From the NCBI RefSeq assembly GCF_003334255.1, contig NZ_QOWU01000012.1: a DNA stretch of 64,000 nt. One strand, given 5' to 3'. The translations under genes and the position numbers were made by a program. This stretch comes from Escherichia coli (GTDB lineage: Bacteria > Pseudomonadota > Gammaproteobacteria > Enterobacterales > Enterobacteriaceae). Each line of letters starts with the position of its first letter. Positions within the stretch are counted from its first letter, which is position 1. This document shows, one piece after another, positions 63,929-64,000 of the stretch. Under the pieces are notes generated by a model. The model had not been told where the DNA came from and searched no databases. It was given only the letters and a program-made list of their open reading frames with translations.

Positions 63929-64000
63929 TGACTCCAACTTATTGATAGTGTTTTATGTTCAGATAATGCCCGATGACTTTGTCATGCAGCTCCACCGATT
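63924..64000 (-). mobile_element. insB: IS1, right-end inverted repeat and 3' end of insB; the element continues beyond the window
   Basis: GGTAATGACTCCAACTTATTGATAGTGTTTTATGTTCAGATAATGCCCGATGACTTTGTCATGCAGCTCCACCGATT is the reverse complement of the IS1 3' terminus (...AATCGGTGGAGCTGCATGACAAAGTCATCGGGCATTATCTGAACATAAAACACTATCAATAAGTTGGAGTCATTACC) as I remember it. Confidence 0.93.

Overview
This window is an Escherichia coli chromosomal core segment. It is colinear, gene for gene, with the K-12 region from rnb to ttcA. The gene order is: rnb', yciW, fabI, ycjD, sapFDCBA, ymjA, puuP, puuA, puuDRCBE, pspF, pspABCDE, ycjMNOPQRSTUV-ompG, ycjW, ycjXF, tyrR, tpx, ycjG, mpaA, ymjC', ymjD, ycjY, pgrR, mppA, ynaI, ynaJ, uspE, fnr, ogt, abgTBA, abgR, mcaS, smrA, dgcM, zntB, fnrS, dbpA, ttcA. 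Gene identities come from my reading of the supplied translations and my memory of the K-12 proteins; no database search was possible. Several long ORFs in the track were trimmed to internal start codons that have better ribosome-binding sites and give the lengths I remember. The strain is not MG1655, for three reasons. First, ycjV is intact here. Second, there is no IS5 between ynaI and ynaJ. Third, the DNA beyond the ttcA start is not the Rac integrase end. Non-coding content includes REP/BIME elements, one ERIC element, the sRNAs McaS and FnrS, the sigma-54 pspA promoter, TyrR, FNR, PuuR and YcjW operator-like sites, and several stem-loops. About 63.3 kb is ordinary, well-known core genome, and I found no complete novel multi-gene system in it. 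The only accessory DNA is the last ~0.7 kb (63290-64000). It is an AT-rich segment abutting ttcA, a known prophage integration hot spot. It carries the first 127 codons of an unrecognised P-loop NTPase gene, cut by an IS1 that continues past the window edge. Whatever system that gene belonged to lies outside the window or has been destroyed. Smaller observations are: a 57-codon proline-rich ORF just upstream of dbpA; a ~30-nt direct repeat flanking the ymjC'-ymjD-ycjY-pgrR block; a duplicated 15-nt LacI-type operator in the ycj cluster; and a 55-codon ORF overlapping the puuP start.
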